Below, piece after piece: positions 9,622 through 19,000 of a stretch of DNA of 32,000 nucleotides. Source of the stretch: Demequinaceae bacterium (GTDB lineage: Bacteria > Actinomycetota > Actinomycetes > Actinomycetales > Demequinaceae). The translations under genes and the position numbers were made by a program. Location of the stretch: positions 60,001-92,000 of the forward strand of contig OZ252279.1 in the NCBI GenBank assembly GCA_965250005.1, given 5' to 3'. Numbering within the stretch: position 1 is the first letter of the stretch; each line of letters starts with the position of its first letter. The notes beneath the pieces are model-generated. The model had not been told where the DNA came from, did no database searches, and saw only the letters and a program-made list of their open reading frames with translations.

Positions 9622-11661
9622 TTGACCGTGGCGAACCGTCTAGCTTCTGAGACCAGCCCTTACCTGCTGCAGCACGCCGAGAATCCAGTCGACTGGTATT
9701 CGTGGGGGGCCGAGGCCTTCGAAGCTGCCCGCGCGCAAGACAAGCCCGTCTTTCTGAGCGTCGGCTATTCGGCGTGTCACTGGTGTCACGTGATGGCGCA
9801 CGAGAGTTTCGAGAACGAGGCGACTGCCGCGCTCATGAACCGCGACTTCATCTCGGTGAAGGTTGACCGCGAAGAACGCCCAGACGTTGACGCCATCTAC
9901 ATGAAGGCAGTGCAGGCGATGACAGAGCATGGGGGATGGCCCATGAGCGTCTTTCTGACGCCGGAGGGTGAGCCGTTCTACGGTGGCACCTACTTTCCCG
10001 ACAAGCCGCGTCATGGATTGCCGTCTTTCGCGCAGGTGCTTGAGCGCATCGCTGAGCTGTGGAAGACACAGCGGAGCGATCTGGTCGATTCGGGAAATCG
10101 GCTGTCGGCCGACCTCGTTCAGAGCGTCGGCTCGTCGAGCGCGACTGCGCTCACGGCAGCCGACGTCTCAGTTTTCGATGCCGCCATGAACGGATTGAGG
10201 CGCACCTTCGATTCCACGAACGGCGGCTGGGGCGGGGCGCCTAAGTTTCCCCAGCCGGCAGTCATCGAGTTTGCCTTGCGCCGGCACCTCGCCACGGGTG
10301 ACCTGTCGCTGCTCGACATGGCGACCTCGAGCCTCGATGCGATGGCGCACGGAGGCATCTATGACCAACTCGGCGGTGGGTTCCACCGTTATGCGGTCGA
10401 TGACATTTGGCTTGTGCCTCACTTCGAGAAGATGCTCTACGACAACGCCCAGTTGGCTCGGGTGTACCTGCATGCCTGGCAGGTCACCGGCAAGCCTTTC
10501 TATCGACGCATAGTCGAAGAGACGCTCGACTACGTGGCCCGTGAGATGCGCGAGCCGAGCGGCGGCTTCTATTCGGCACAGGACGCTGACTCTGAGGGGG
10601 AGGAAGGGCGATTCTTCGTCTGGACTCCGGCCCAGATCGTAGAAGTGACCGGCGACGCTTCCCTCCTGATGGTGGCCTACGGCGTCACCCAAGGCGGCAA
10701 CTTCGAGGGCAAGAACATCCTGCGCGTTGTGAAGTCGGCTGAAGACCTGGCGCTTGAGTTTGGCATCGCGGTGGATGACGTCAACGCGCGGATGCGCCGG
10801 GCACGCGAGCTGTTGTTGGCCGCTCGCGGCACTCGGGTGCGGCCGAGTACCGACGACAAGGTGCTCGCCGGCTGGAATGGTCTGATGTTGACCGCATTCG
10901 CGGAGGCGGCTCGCGTGCTGGATCGCGAGGACTACCGGCTGATCGCCGAGGCAAACGCTGAGTTTGTGCTGTCACAACTGACGGGGACGGGCGGCCGCCT
11001 TCTGCGCACATGGAAGGGCGGCGAGGCGAAGCTCAACGGCTATCTCGAAGACTATGCGCTCTATGCTGAAGGCCTCCTTGAGCTCTACCAGACGACTTTC
11101 GACCCGGTGTGGTTCGATGCGGCCGTCGAGTTCGCAAACCTGATTGTGGCCCACTTCGCTGACCCTGCATCCGGCTTTTTCGATACGAGCGATGACCATG
11201 AGCAGCTGCTGTTTCGCCCTAAAGAGACGCAGGACGGAGCCATGCCGTCGGGCGGGTCAGTGGCAGCTATGGTTCTCGCCAAGCTCGGCGCGTTCACCGG
11301 CGACACCGGCTACTCTGACGTGGCCGAGGTGGCTCTAGCCTCGATGCGCGCAGAGATGTCGAAAGCTCCTCTCGGCTTCGCGAACTGGCTGTCGGCACTC
11401 GACTTCGTGTTGTCTGAGCCGAGCGAACTAGCGATTGTGGGCGCGGATGCTCTGCCGATGCTGCGCCTCGTGCGATCCACTTACCGACCCAATCTGATCG
11501 TCGCCGCCAAGGTGGGGGATGATGATAGCAGCGTGCCCTTGCTCACAGATCGAGACGCCGTCGACGGGGCGACAACCGCTTACTTGTGTCGGCAATTCGC
11601 GTGCGAACGCCCTGTCACCTCTGCGGATGACCTAGCCGCACTCCTTCATGCAAAGCTCTAG
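9622..11661 (+). CDS. Thioredoxin-fold/glucosidase-like DUF255 protein (YyaL/SSP411/spermatogenesis-associated 20 family)
   Basis: 679 aa ORF; [59 protein letters not shown] and FNGG/PKFPQP motifs. TTG start at 9622 (alternative GTG 9628) with GAGGAAAG just upstream. Confidence 0.95.
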   Translation: MTVANRLASETSPYLLQHAENPVDWYSWGAEAFEAARAQDKPVFLSVGYSACHWCHVMAHESFENEATAALMNRDFISVKVDREERPDVDAIYMKAVQAMTEHGGWPMSVFLTPEGEPFYGGTYFPDKPRHGLPSFAQVLERIAELWKTQRSDLVDSGNRLSADLVQSVGSSSATALTAADVSVFDAAMNGLRRTFDSTNGGWGGAPKFPQPAVIEFALRRHLATGDLSLLDMATSSLDAMAHGGIYDQLGGGFHRYAVDDIWLVPHFEKMLYDNAQLARVYLHAWQVTGKPFYRRIVEETLDYVAREMREPSGGFYSAQDADSEGEEGRFFVWTPAQIVEVTGDASLLMVAYGVTQGGNFEGKNILRVVKSAEDLALEFGIAVDDVNARMRRARELLLAARGTRVRPSTDDKVLAGWNGLMLTAFAEAARVLDREDYRLIAEANAEFVLSQLTGTGGRLLRTWKGGEAKLNGYLEDYALYAEGLLELYQTTFDPVWFDAAVEFANLIVAHFADPASGFFDTSDDHEQLLFRPKETQDGAMPSGGSVAAMVLAKLGAFTGDTGYSDVAEVALASMRAEMSKAPLGFANWLSALDFVLSEPSELAIVGADALPMLRLVRSTYRPNLIVAAKVGDDDSSVPLLTDRDAVDGATTAYLCRQFACERPVTSADDLAALLHAKL

Positions 11662-11750
11662 TCGTTGCCGCAGCGTCGGGAACCAGCGGTTGCTTCGAAC
11701 CTAGCGGGTTGGACGGTGTCGCGCGCGGGAAAATGCCGGTGAGACTCGCG

Positions 11751-12341
11751 TTACCGTGAGGTAGGTGTTGTGACGGTTGATTTCGACCGCCGCACCCACC
11801 AAATCGCGAGGCCCGCCAAGGCCGCCGCGGAGAGGAACCAGCCACCGTTTGCGGAGAAGGTGAAACCAATCAAAATGGCTGCGAGGAAGGCGCCCGCCAT
11901 TCGCAGGGGGCTGCGCGGAACCAGCAAGAGGACCGCGGAGATTGCCATCGCGATCCCGCCTGTCTGTATGCCGAAAACGAACGGCCACCCGCCCCACGCC
12001 AATCCAAACGCGTCCTCAAGCAAGTTCCCGAGTGCTCCCGCCGCCCATCCGACGGCACTGAGCCATAAGAAGATCTGCGTCGCTCGGTGGGTTGCTGCGC
12101 GGGCGAGAATGGCCATGACCACTGCGACTGCGGTCCATACGAGCGTCGCGGTAATGACGGCTGAATAGTCGAGCAACGTCACCGGATCCCAGTAGGCAGG
12201 CTCCGCGAACTCGATTGCCGAGCGGACCACGAAGAGAGCGCCGGCTGCGAGCGACCATTTTGCAAGCACGCCGCGCCTCCTGCGGCGAGGGGCGCTGGAG
12301 TCAGAGGCGGTTGCAGCGGTGGCAGTCGGTTCAGAGTTCAT
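11751..12341 (-). CDS. Hypothetical multi-pass membrane protein
   Basis: Hydrophobic ORF; likely start is the internal ATG at 12341 (MNSEPTATAATASDSSAPRRRRRGVLAKWSLAAGALFVV) because the upstream extension is low-complexity Ser/Thr/Pro. Confidence 0.65.
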   Translation of the reverse strand: MNSEPTATAATASDSSAPRRRRRGVLAKWSLAAGALFVVRSAIEFAEPAYWDPVTLLDYSAVITATLVWTAVAVVMAILARAATHRATQIFLWLSAVGWAAGALGNLLEDAFGLAWGGWPFVFGIQTGGIAMAISAVLLLVPRSPLRMAGAFLAAILIGFTFSANGGWFLSAAALAGLAIWWVRRSKSTVTTPTSR

Positions 12342-12543
12342 ATGGGCGATGCTACTTCGCGGCCCGTACGTTCGAGGCGCGGGGCGCCTCACACCCGGCG
12401 TCGAGGTGCTCGGACACTCGCGCGAGGCCGACGTGCTCGAGGTGGTCGACTGGGTCACCATGAACGACCCCGCCGCGTTCCACGAGGGCGTCGCCATGAT
12501 GGGTGATGGGCTGATGCCGCCGGCGCCGGACCAGATCCGCTAG
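12319..12543 (+). other. Possible C-terminal gene fragment
   Basis: Sense frame ...RGPYVRGAGRLTPGVEVLGHSREADVLEVVDWVTMNDPAAFHEGVAMMGDGLMPPAPDQIR* has realistic composition but no credible start or upstream domain. Confidence 0.3.
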
Positions 12544-12800
12544 CGCTCGTCCTTGATCGGCTCGCCCATCCTTTCGACGATCCGCTTGCGCGCCGCCGCG
12601 ACTTGCTCGAGGTAATCCGGCTGGAACGGTTCAACCAGAACCCGCTCGAGCGAACAGAGTGCGTCATTGAGCGCCCAGTACTTCGGGGTCGCGCCAGCAA
12701 CAGTGCGCAGCCTGTTCGTGTCGTCGTGCTGCGACAGCCACTCGAACAATACGAGGGCGGCGTCGGCAACGAGCCGGATCTCAGTCTCCTGGCGCTTCAT
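12540..12800 (-). CDS. Hypothetical small protein (86 aa)
   Basis: MKRQETEIRLVADAALVLFEWLSQHDDTNRLRTVAGATPKYWALNDALCSLERVLVEPFQPDYLEQVAAARKRIVERMGEPIKDER; helical, realistic composition. Confidence 0.55.
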   Translation of the reverse strand: MKRQETEIRLVADAALVLFEWLSQHDDTNRLRTVAGATPKYWALNDALCSLERVLVEPFQPDYLEQVAAARKRIVERMGEPIKDER

Positions 12801-12935
12801 GCGTCCGGGATAGGCGCCGTGCGCGCACGCCGGTCGTCGACGGCGGCAGCTGCGCTCGCGCGCTTACGCCCAGGCATCGCCCCACCGCGCGGCCTCGAAC
12901 AGCGCCTCAACCTACCGGGGACTGTCGCCCACGGG

Positions 12936-13085
12936 CCGCTTGCGAAACCACTTCGGGGTGTTCCAGTTGGGGAGCAACGTGACGTCGTCGGGCATCTGCT
13001 TGTCGTTGACAGTCGAGATCAGGCTTCCGGTGAGGACGATCAAGCGTGAGCGCGCCGGGATCGGGGCGCTGGCCCCTGGGTCCAC
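12936..13085 (-). pseudogene. Remnant copy A of a C-terminal domain (NERD-like by appearance)
   Basis: Minus frame reads ASAPIPARSRLIVLTGSLISTVNDKQMPDDVTLLPNWNTPKWFRKRPV, clearly related in protein and DNA to copy B at about 14983-15150. Confidence 0.55.
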
Positions 13086-13960
13086 GCTCGAGTGCTGGGA
13101 TCCCATGTGCCGGCTTCGACGGCCCCGCTCATCACGGGGTCCACGAACTCACGGGTGGACGTGACGGCGCTGTCGAAGTCCGCCGGGACGGAGCTTTCGT
13201 TTCCAAACCCGCGGTGCAACGAAGCCCAGTCGCTTCGCCACGAATCGACGGGCTCCAGGTACGAGGCGGGAACGAGCTTTCGCCGCAGTTGCTCCAACGC
13301 GAGGGCCTCTGCCAGGTGAGCCGCGTTCACCCGTGCTGCCGCGGCGATCGCGCACAGGTCGTAGAGGTCACGGGGCCGGCTGCTCTGACCGCTTCCGTAG
13401 GAGGCCATGACTGCACAGACCTTGTCGGCGATGTGGTCCTCGATAGGGAAGACGGCGACGCCGACCGGCGACGCGCCTGCGGCCTCGAATGGCGGTGGCT
13501 TGGCGACGGTCGTCACGTGCCCCGTCGGCTCCCTCGTCACCACCACGTCGATCTTGAGCTTCGCCATGAACGTGGCAGAGATCGTCACGTCAAACTTGAC
13601 CGTGAGCCCCACGTATCCGCCGGTCTCGCTCGCTCGAAGGACGCGCGGCTCACCGCTGGTCGTGAACGTGAGGCCGTCGCCAAGGTCGAACGCGGCGGCC
13701 TGATCGAGCGCCTCCGCGGCTTCGCGCGAGGAACGGGCATCGCCACGAACGTCGAGGTCGTGGGTTTTGCGTGTCGTGATGCCGCGCGCGGCAAGGGCCT
13801 GGCCACCCTTGAGCATAAACATCGCAGAATGGGTCCGGGCGACGCGTTGGAGGAGCTGATGCACAGCGGCGTCGAGTAGTGCGCGGGTACCGTCGACGCC
13901 CTGTGCCTTCGCCTGGTTGAGGATCTCCTGGCGATCGAGCCGTACTGGCGCGCTACTCAT
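13040..13960 (-). CDS. abiEii: AbiEii/AbiGii-type nucleotidyltransferase toxin
   Basis: 306 aa; MFMLKGGQALAARGITTRKTHDLDV (GG...R.T.DLD nucleotidyltransferase motif), FPIEDHIADKVCAVM, SRPRDLYDLCAIA. Start overlaps the AbiEi stop by 8 nt. Confidence 0.87.
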   Translation of the reverse strand: MSSAPVRLDRQEILNQAKAQGVDGTRALLDAAVHQLLQRVARTHSAMFMLKGGQALAARGITTRKTHDLDVRGDARSSREAAEALDQAAAFDLGDGLTFTTSGEPRVLRASETGGYVGLTVKFDVTISATFMAKLKIDVVVTREPTGHVTTVAKPPPFEAAGASPVGVAVFPIEDHIADKVCAVMASYGSGQSSRPRDLYDLCAIAAAARVNAAHLAEALALEQLRRKLVPASYLEPVDSWRSDWASLHRGFGNESSVPADFDSAVTSTREFVDPVMSGAVEAGTWDPSTRAWTQGPAPRSRRAHA

Positions 13961-14909
13961 CGTGTGTGTCCTGCGTCAGTTCTGAGATGCTCGCCACGTC
14001 CTGCAGGGTCAGCCACGGAATGGTCGCGAGTATGTTGGCGCGCTCCGCGTACGCGGCGCTGATGGGCTCAATTATTCGAGACACCTGCTCGATAATCATC
14101 GCGTGCTTGCGGACCTCGTCGACGGCCGCGGCGCCGAGTGCGGACGTAACCTCAGCGAGCATGGGTGCCGTGATGCGGCGGTATTCCTCGAGCGCCGATG
14201 CGGTGATGGAGTGGGCCACCTCCACCATCGCGTCGGCGCCAATCGCGGACTCCGCGAGCCGTGCCGCGAGGGCTTTGGTGTCGATGCCGTTGTAGGCAAG
14301 CATGCGATCTACGGCGCGCTCGCGTTCAGTCAGGGACCTACCGGGCAGGCGCGCTACTACCTTGTCCCGCGTCGTCTTGCGCGCGTCGATGGCGTCCCCC
14401 AGCACATCGGCGACGTGCGACTCGTCTGGCTCGGTTCGGGCGAGGTCGGCGATGGTGCGTTCCGGCGTCGTGACGAGCATTCCGGCCTCGACGCGCACGT
14501 CTGATACTCCGAGGGGCCGGTGCGAGAGCTTGACGCCGTCGCGTGTCGATTGCTTGCGGTAGTTCGCGGTGTACCTATTGTCATCCGCATACAGGTTGCC
14601 GATGCCGTGCACTTGAGCGGCGCTGCGATGCGAGACGGCAATCATGTGCTGCTTGTCGGTGAGGCGTTCTGCAGCGGTGCGGCCAGGGTCGAGGGCTAGC
14701 CAGTTGGCGCGAAGGAGTTCGTGCTCGTCACGCGGCGCACCGCCCATTCGGTAAACGGCGTGGGTGATGCGGTCGAGCGTGCCGGCGTCCTCGAGGCGGG
14801 CGAGCGTGAGCCGGGGCACGCCAACGAGCGCGGCCTGTCGTGATGTCACGAGGCCGCGCTGCGATTCGGCGATGCCCGAGAGTGCGACAGCCGCTTCCTG
14901 CGCTTTCAT
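13953..14909 (-). CDS. abiEi: AbiEi-type antitoxin / transcriptional regulator
   Basis: 318 aa; N-terminal wHTH-like ESQRGLVTSRQAALVGVPRLTLARLEDAGTLDRITHAVYRM, followed by AVSHRSAAQVHGIG and LVTTPERTIADLAR, typical of type IV antitoxin AbiEi. Confidence 0.85.
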   Translation of the reverse strand: MKAQEAAVALSGIAESQRGLVTSRQAALVGVPRLTLARLEDAGTLDRITHAVYRMGGAPRDEHELLRANWLALDPGRTAAERLTDKQHMIAVSHRSAAQVHGIGNLYADDNRYTANYRKQSTRDGVKLSHRPLGVSDVRVEAGMLVTTPERTIADLARTEPDESHVADVLGDAIDARKTTRDKVVARLPGRSLTERERAVDRMLAYNGIDTKALAARLAESAIGADAMVEVAHSITASALEEYRRITAPMLAEVTSALGAAAVDEVRKHAMIIEQVSRIIEPISAAYAERANILATIPWLTLQDVASISELTQDTHDE

Positions 14910-14921
14910 ACTGTTATTGTT

Positions 14922-14932
14922 GCATTAATTGC
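14922..14932. promoter_or_regulatory. Candidate operator upstream of abiEi
   Basis: Inverted repeat GCA-TTAAT-TGC within an unusually AT-rich stretch (ctgttattgttgcattaattgcgatactttt), about 13 nt upstream of the abiEi ATG. Confidence 0.3.
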
Positions 14933-14941
14933 GATACTTTT

Positions 14942-15184
14942 CTAGATCAGAGCGTCCACTTGCTCGGCGTTGTAGATGGCCGGCTGCTTGCGGAACCACC
15001 GCGGAGTGTTCCGCTTGTGCAACACGCTGACGTCGTCGGGCATGTGCTCGTAGTTGATCTCCGGCACGCGCGACCAGGTGAGCACCACCACGCACGAGCG
15101 CACCGGGATGGGCGCCCCGATCTTCGCGCTCAGCAGCGTGGATGCCCGCGCGGCCTCGTGCCGCGCGTTGCGCCGCAGCGCGCG
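14942..15184 (-). pseudogene. Remnant copy B of a C-terminal domain (NERD-like), in frame downstream of the 15185 TAG
   Basis: 80 in-frame sense codons after TAG: RALRRNARHEAARASTLLSAKIGAPIPVRSCVVVLTWSRVPEINYEHMPDDVSVLHKRNTPRWFRKQPAIYNAEQVDALI*. Confidence 0.55.
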
Positions 15185-15901
15185 CTACGCAAACGCCAGC
15201 CGCGTCCCACCGATCAAGGCGCCGACCAGCAGGAGCCAAGCGGCCCATATCGATGGGGTGCGCGTAGTGATGTCAACCACGACTGCCGCGAAGCGCTGTG
15301 CGCGAGCTTCCTGTGCTTGGAGTCGCTCGCGGCGTCTCTTGATTTTGACCGCCTCGCGGGGGCGCTTCTTCGGTGGGACCGGTACCCAGTTCACCCAAGC
15401 GAGTTCCGCCGCCTTGCGGCCATCCTCGCCGATCTCTCGGACGCGATTCGCTGTCGCGGACGCGCCTCCAACGAGTGCGACCACGCAAGCTACAAAGAAA
15501 GCCCACCAGAGCGTGTAGCCTACATTCGTGGAGACGTCGTCGCTTTCGAGCGAGCCGTCCGTAAACCCTGCGAGCACTGTCGCCGCGATAATCGCGAACG
15601 GCCAAATGAAGAGACTTGCGGCGCGGGCGAGGCTGGGTTCGAAAGCGTTGCGCCCACCAGCGGTGGCATGAAAAGGCTGGCGCCACGTTGGCAGAACGAC
15701 GGCAAGCGCGACGACTCCAAGAATGACTGCGGCGACGTGGCCAGCGTCCGACGCCCACGGCCAACCCGTGACGCGGAAGGCGGCTCCGGCGATCAGCGCT
15801 GGGAGCCAGCCCCGCACGTAACCTGCGCTTGATCGATCGATCAGTCGGATTAGGTTGTCTGGATCAAGATGCCACATGCGTGCTGGTGCCTTGTTGGACA
15901 T
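15185..15901 (-). CDS. Hypothetical membrane protein (about 4 TM), divergent from the Type ISP gene
   Basis: 238 aa ORF with several hydrophobic segments (WLPALIAGAAFRV, HVAAVILGVVALAVVLP, ASLFIWPFAIIAATVLAGF, YTLWWAFFVACVVALVGGA, IWAAWLLLVGALIGG) and a charged linker. Confidence 0.65.
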   Translation of the reverse strand: MSNKAPARMWHLDPDNLIRLIDRSSAGYVRGWLPALIAGAAFRVTGWPWASDAGHVAAVILGVVALAVVLPTWRQPFHATAGGRNAFEPSLARAASLFIWPFAIIAATVLAGFTDGSLESDDVSTNVGYTLWWAFFVACVVALVGGASATANRVREIGEDGRKAAELAWVNWVPVPPKKRPREAVKIKRRRERLQAQEARAQRFAAVVVDITTRTPSIWAAWLLLVGALIGGTRLAFA

Positions 15902-16001
15902 CGGTTCCTCTCAGGATCACGTGGTGGCCGCCGCGCCGCGCGAGTTGCGGGCGCGACCACTAGTATCCAAGAAGGGCCTGACAATCGCGCGGGGAGACTC
16001 A

Positions 16002-19000
16002 ATGACGGCAGTCACAACGCTCGACGACGTCCTCGACGACCTGCGCGCCAACGCCACCGGCATCCGCGACAAGGGCACAGCGTTCGAGAACCTCACCCTC
16101 GAGTTCTTCCGCACCAACCCCCTCCACCAGTCCGAGTTCGCCACGGTCCAGACCTTCGCCGACTGGGCGCCCCAGGGTGGCAAGCGCGACACCGGTATCG
16201 ACCTCGTCGCGACTCGCCACGACGGCGGGATCACCGCCATCCAGTGCAAGTTCTACGACGAGGGACACACGGTCCAGAAGTCGGACATCGACTCGTTCTT
16301 CACTGCGTCCGGCAAGAAGCCGTTCACAGAACGCATCATTGTCAGCACCACCGACAAGTGGAGCGACAACGCCGAGGCGGCGCTCGAGAACCAGCATCTC
16401 GACACCACGCGCTTCGGCCTGGACGACATGCGCACCAGCCCCGTCGAATGGGCGATTCTCAAGAACCTCACCGAGGCGCCCAAGCTCAAGAAGCGGAAGC
16501 CCAAGCAGCTGCGCCCGCACCAGCGCGCCGCGATCGACGACGTCGTCGCAGGCTTCGCGACCTCGGCTCGCGGCAAGCTCATTATGGCGTGCGGCACGGG
16601 CAAGACGTTCACGTCCCTCAAACTTGCCGAGGAGATGGTCAAGCCCGGCGGAAGCGTGCTGTTCCTCGTCCCGTCGATCTCGCTCCTTTCGCAGTCCCTT
16701 AAGGAGTGGGGAGCGGAGCGCGAGGCGGAGATGCGCTTCTTCGCCGTCTGCTCCGACACGCACGTGGGCCGCACGCGCAAGCAGAAGGAACTCCACGAGG
16801 ACATCAGCGCGCATGACCTCGAGATCCCCGCGACCACCAAGTCCGAAAAGCTCGTCGACGGCGCCAGCGCTACCTCAAAAGGCGCCATCACGGTCGTCTT
16901 CGCCACGTACCAATCCATCGACGTGGTCAGCGCCGCCCAGCGCGCAGGCCTTCCCGACTTCGACCTCATCATCTGCGACGAAGCGCACCGCACCACCGGA
17001 GTCACGCTCACGGGGGAGGGCGACAAGGAGTCCGCGTTCGTCAAGGTTCACGACAACGCGAACGTCGCCGCCAAGCGTCGCGTCTACATGACGGCGACGC
17101 CGCGCGTGTACGGCGAGGACGCGAAGAAGAAGGCCGTCGAAGGCGCCGCTGTGCTCGCGTCGATGGACGACGAGGAGGTGTTCGGCCCGGAGTTTCACCG
17201 CCTCGGCTTCGGGGAGGCGGTAGACGCCGGCCTGCTCGCGGACTACAAGGTGCTGATCCTTAGCGTCGTCGAGGACTACGTGGCGCACGCGCTCCAGACC
17301 GTGCTGGCGAGTGACGGAAACGAAATCGACCTCACCAACGCAGCCAAACTGGTCGGCTGCTGGAATGCGTTGGCCAAGCGCGGCGACGTCGAGCAGTACG
17401 GCGATGACCCGGGCGCGATGCGCCGCGCAGTGGCGTTCTCGCAGACCATTAAGGCGTCCAAAGGTGTGACTGCCGCGTTCGAGGAGCTGAGCGACGCGCT
17501 CGTGGGTGCGGCGGCGGACGGGACGCGCCTGAGCGTCGAGGCGAACCACGTGGACGGCACCCAGAACGCCCTATACCGAAACGAGCAACTTGCCTGGCTC
17601 AAGGCGGAGGCGCCGGACGATTCGACGTGCAGGATTCTCTCAAACGCGCGCTGTCTGAGCGAAGGAGTAGACGTCCCGGCACTCGACGCGGTGCTGTTCC
17701 TGAACCCGCGGAACTCGATCGTGGACGTAGTCCAGAGCGTGGGCCGTGTGATGCGCAAGTCGGAAGGGAAGAAGTTCGGCTACGTCATCATCCCGGTCGC
17801 GGTGCCCTCGGGCCTTGAGCCGCACGAGGCGCTCGACAAGACGGACCGCTACAAGGTCGTCTGGGAGGTTCTGCGCGCGCTGCGGTCTCACGATGAACGG
17901 CTCGAGGCGACTGTCAACACACTCGATCCGACCAAGCCAAACGATCGCATCATCCCGGTCAACATTGGCGCCGGGGGCTCAGGGAGCGATCGGAACGATG
18001 ACACGCCGGATGGCACCCCCGTCGAGACTCAGGGCTCACTTGACCTTCGGGACTCGCCGGTTTGGCGCGAAGCTATCTTCGCCCGCCTGGTCAAGAAGGT
18101 TGGCCAGCGGATGTATTGGGACCGCTGGGGCAAGGAAGTCGCTGACGCCGTCGCCCGGACTACTTCGCGCATCAACGCGATCCTCGCGCGTGACAAGGCA
18201 GCCCAGCGCGAGTTCGACACGTTTCTCGAGGGCATCCGCCGCAACCTAAATGACAGCATCAGCCGCGACGATGCGGTGAGTATGCTTGCCCAGCACCTCG
18301 TGACGGAGCCCGTGTTCAACGCAGTGTTCCGCGAGTTCGAGTTTGTCGAACACAACACCGTGGCGCGGACGATGCAGAACATGCTTGACGTCCTCAACCA
18401 AAAGAACCTCGAGACCGAGGGCAGCGAGCTCGACGAGTTCTACAAGGCGGTGAGAACACGGCTCGACGGAGTCGATGACGCCGGCCGCATGCAGTTTGTC
18501 AACGAGCTCTACGAGAAGTTCTTCAAGCGCGCCTTCCCCACGGTCGCGGGTCAGCTCGGAATCGTATACACGCCCGTCGAAATTGTCGACTTCATCATTC
18601 GCAGCGTGGAGCACGTGCTTAACGAGGAGTTCGACGCCTCGCTGAGCGACAAGGGTGTGCACGTGCTCGATCCGTTCACGGGGACGGGCACGTTCATCGT
18701 GCGGCTGCTCCAGAGCGGCCTGATCAAACCCGAGGACCTGCTTTACAAGTACACGCACGAGCTCCACTGCAACGAGATCCTGCTGCTCGCGTACTACATC
18801 GCGGTGGTGAACGTCGAGGCGACGTTCCACTCGCTGCGCGGCGGCGAGTACGTGCCGTTCGAGGGGGCGGTACTCGCAGACACGTTCCAGATGACGGAGG
18901 ACGGCGACACGCTCGACGGCGACGTGTTCACCGCGAACAGCGAGCGAATGAAGCAGCAGCGGGAACTCGACATACGCGTGATCGTCGGCAATCCGCCGTA

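Noticed and set aside
15855-16001. 49-aa N-terminal extension of the Type ISP ORF
   Set aside because: ATG at 16002 has a purine-rich GGGGAG upstream and begins the family-like MTAVTTLDDVLDDLRANATGIRDKGTAFE; the extension overlaps the divergent gene start.
15999-16814. Antisense ORFs (271, 263, 277, 304 aa) within the Type ISP gene
   Set aside because: Overlap a strongly supported 1598-aa CDS; wrong-frame composition typical of GC-rich DNA.
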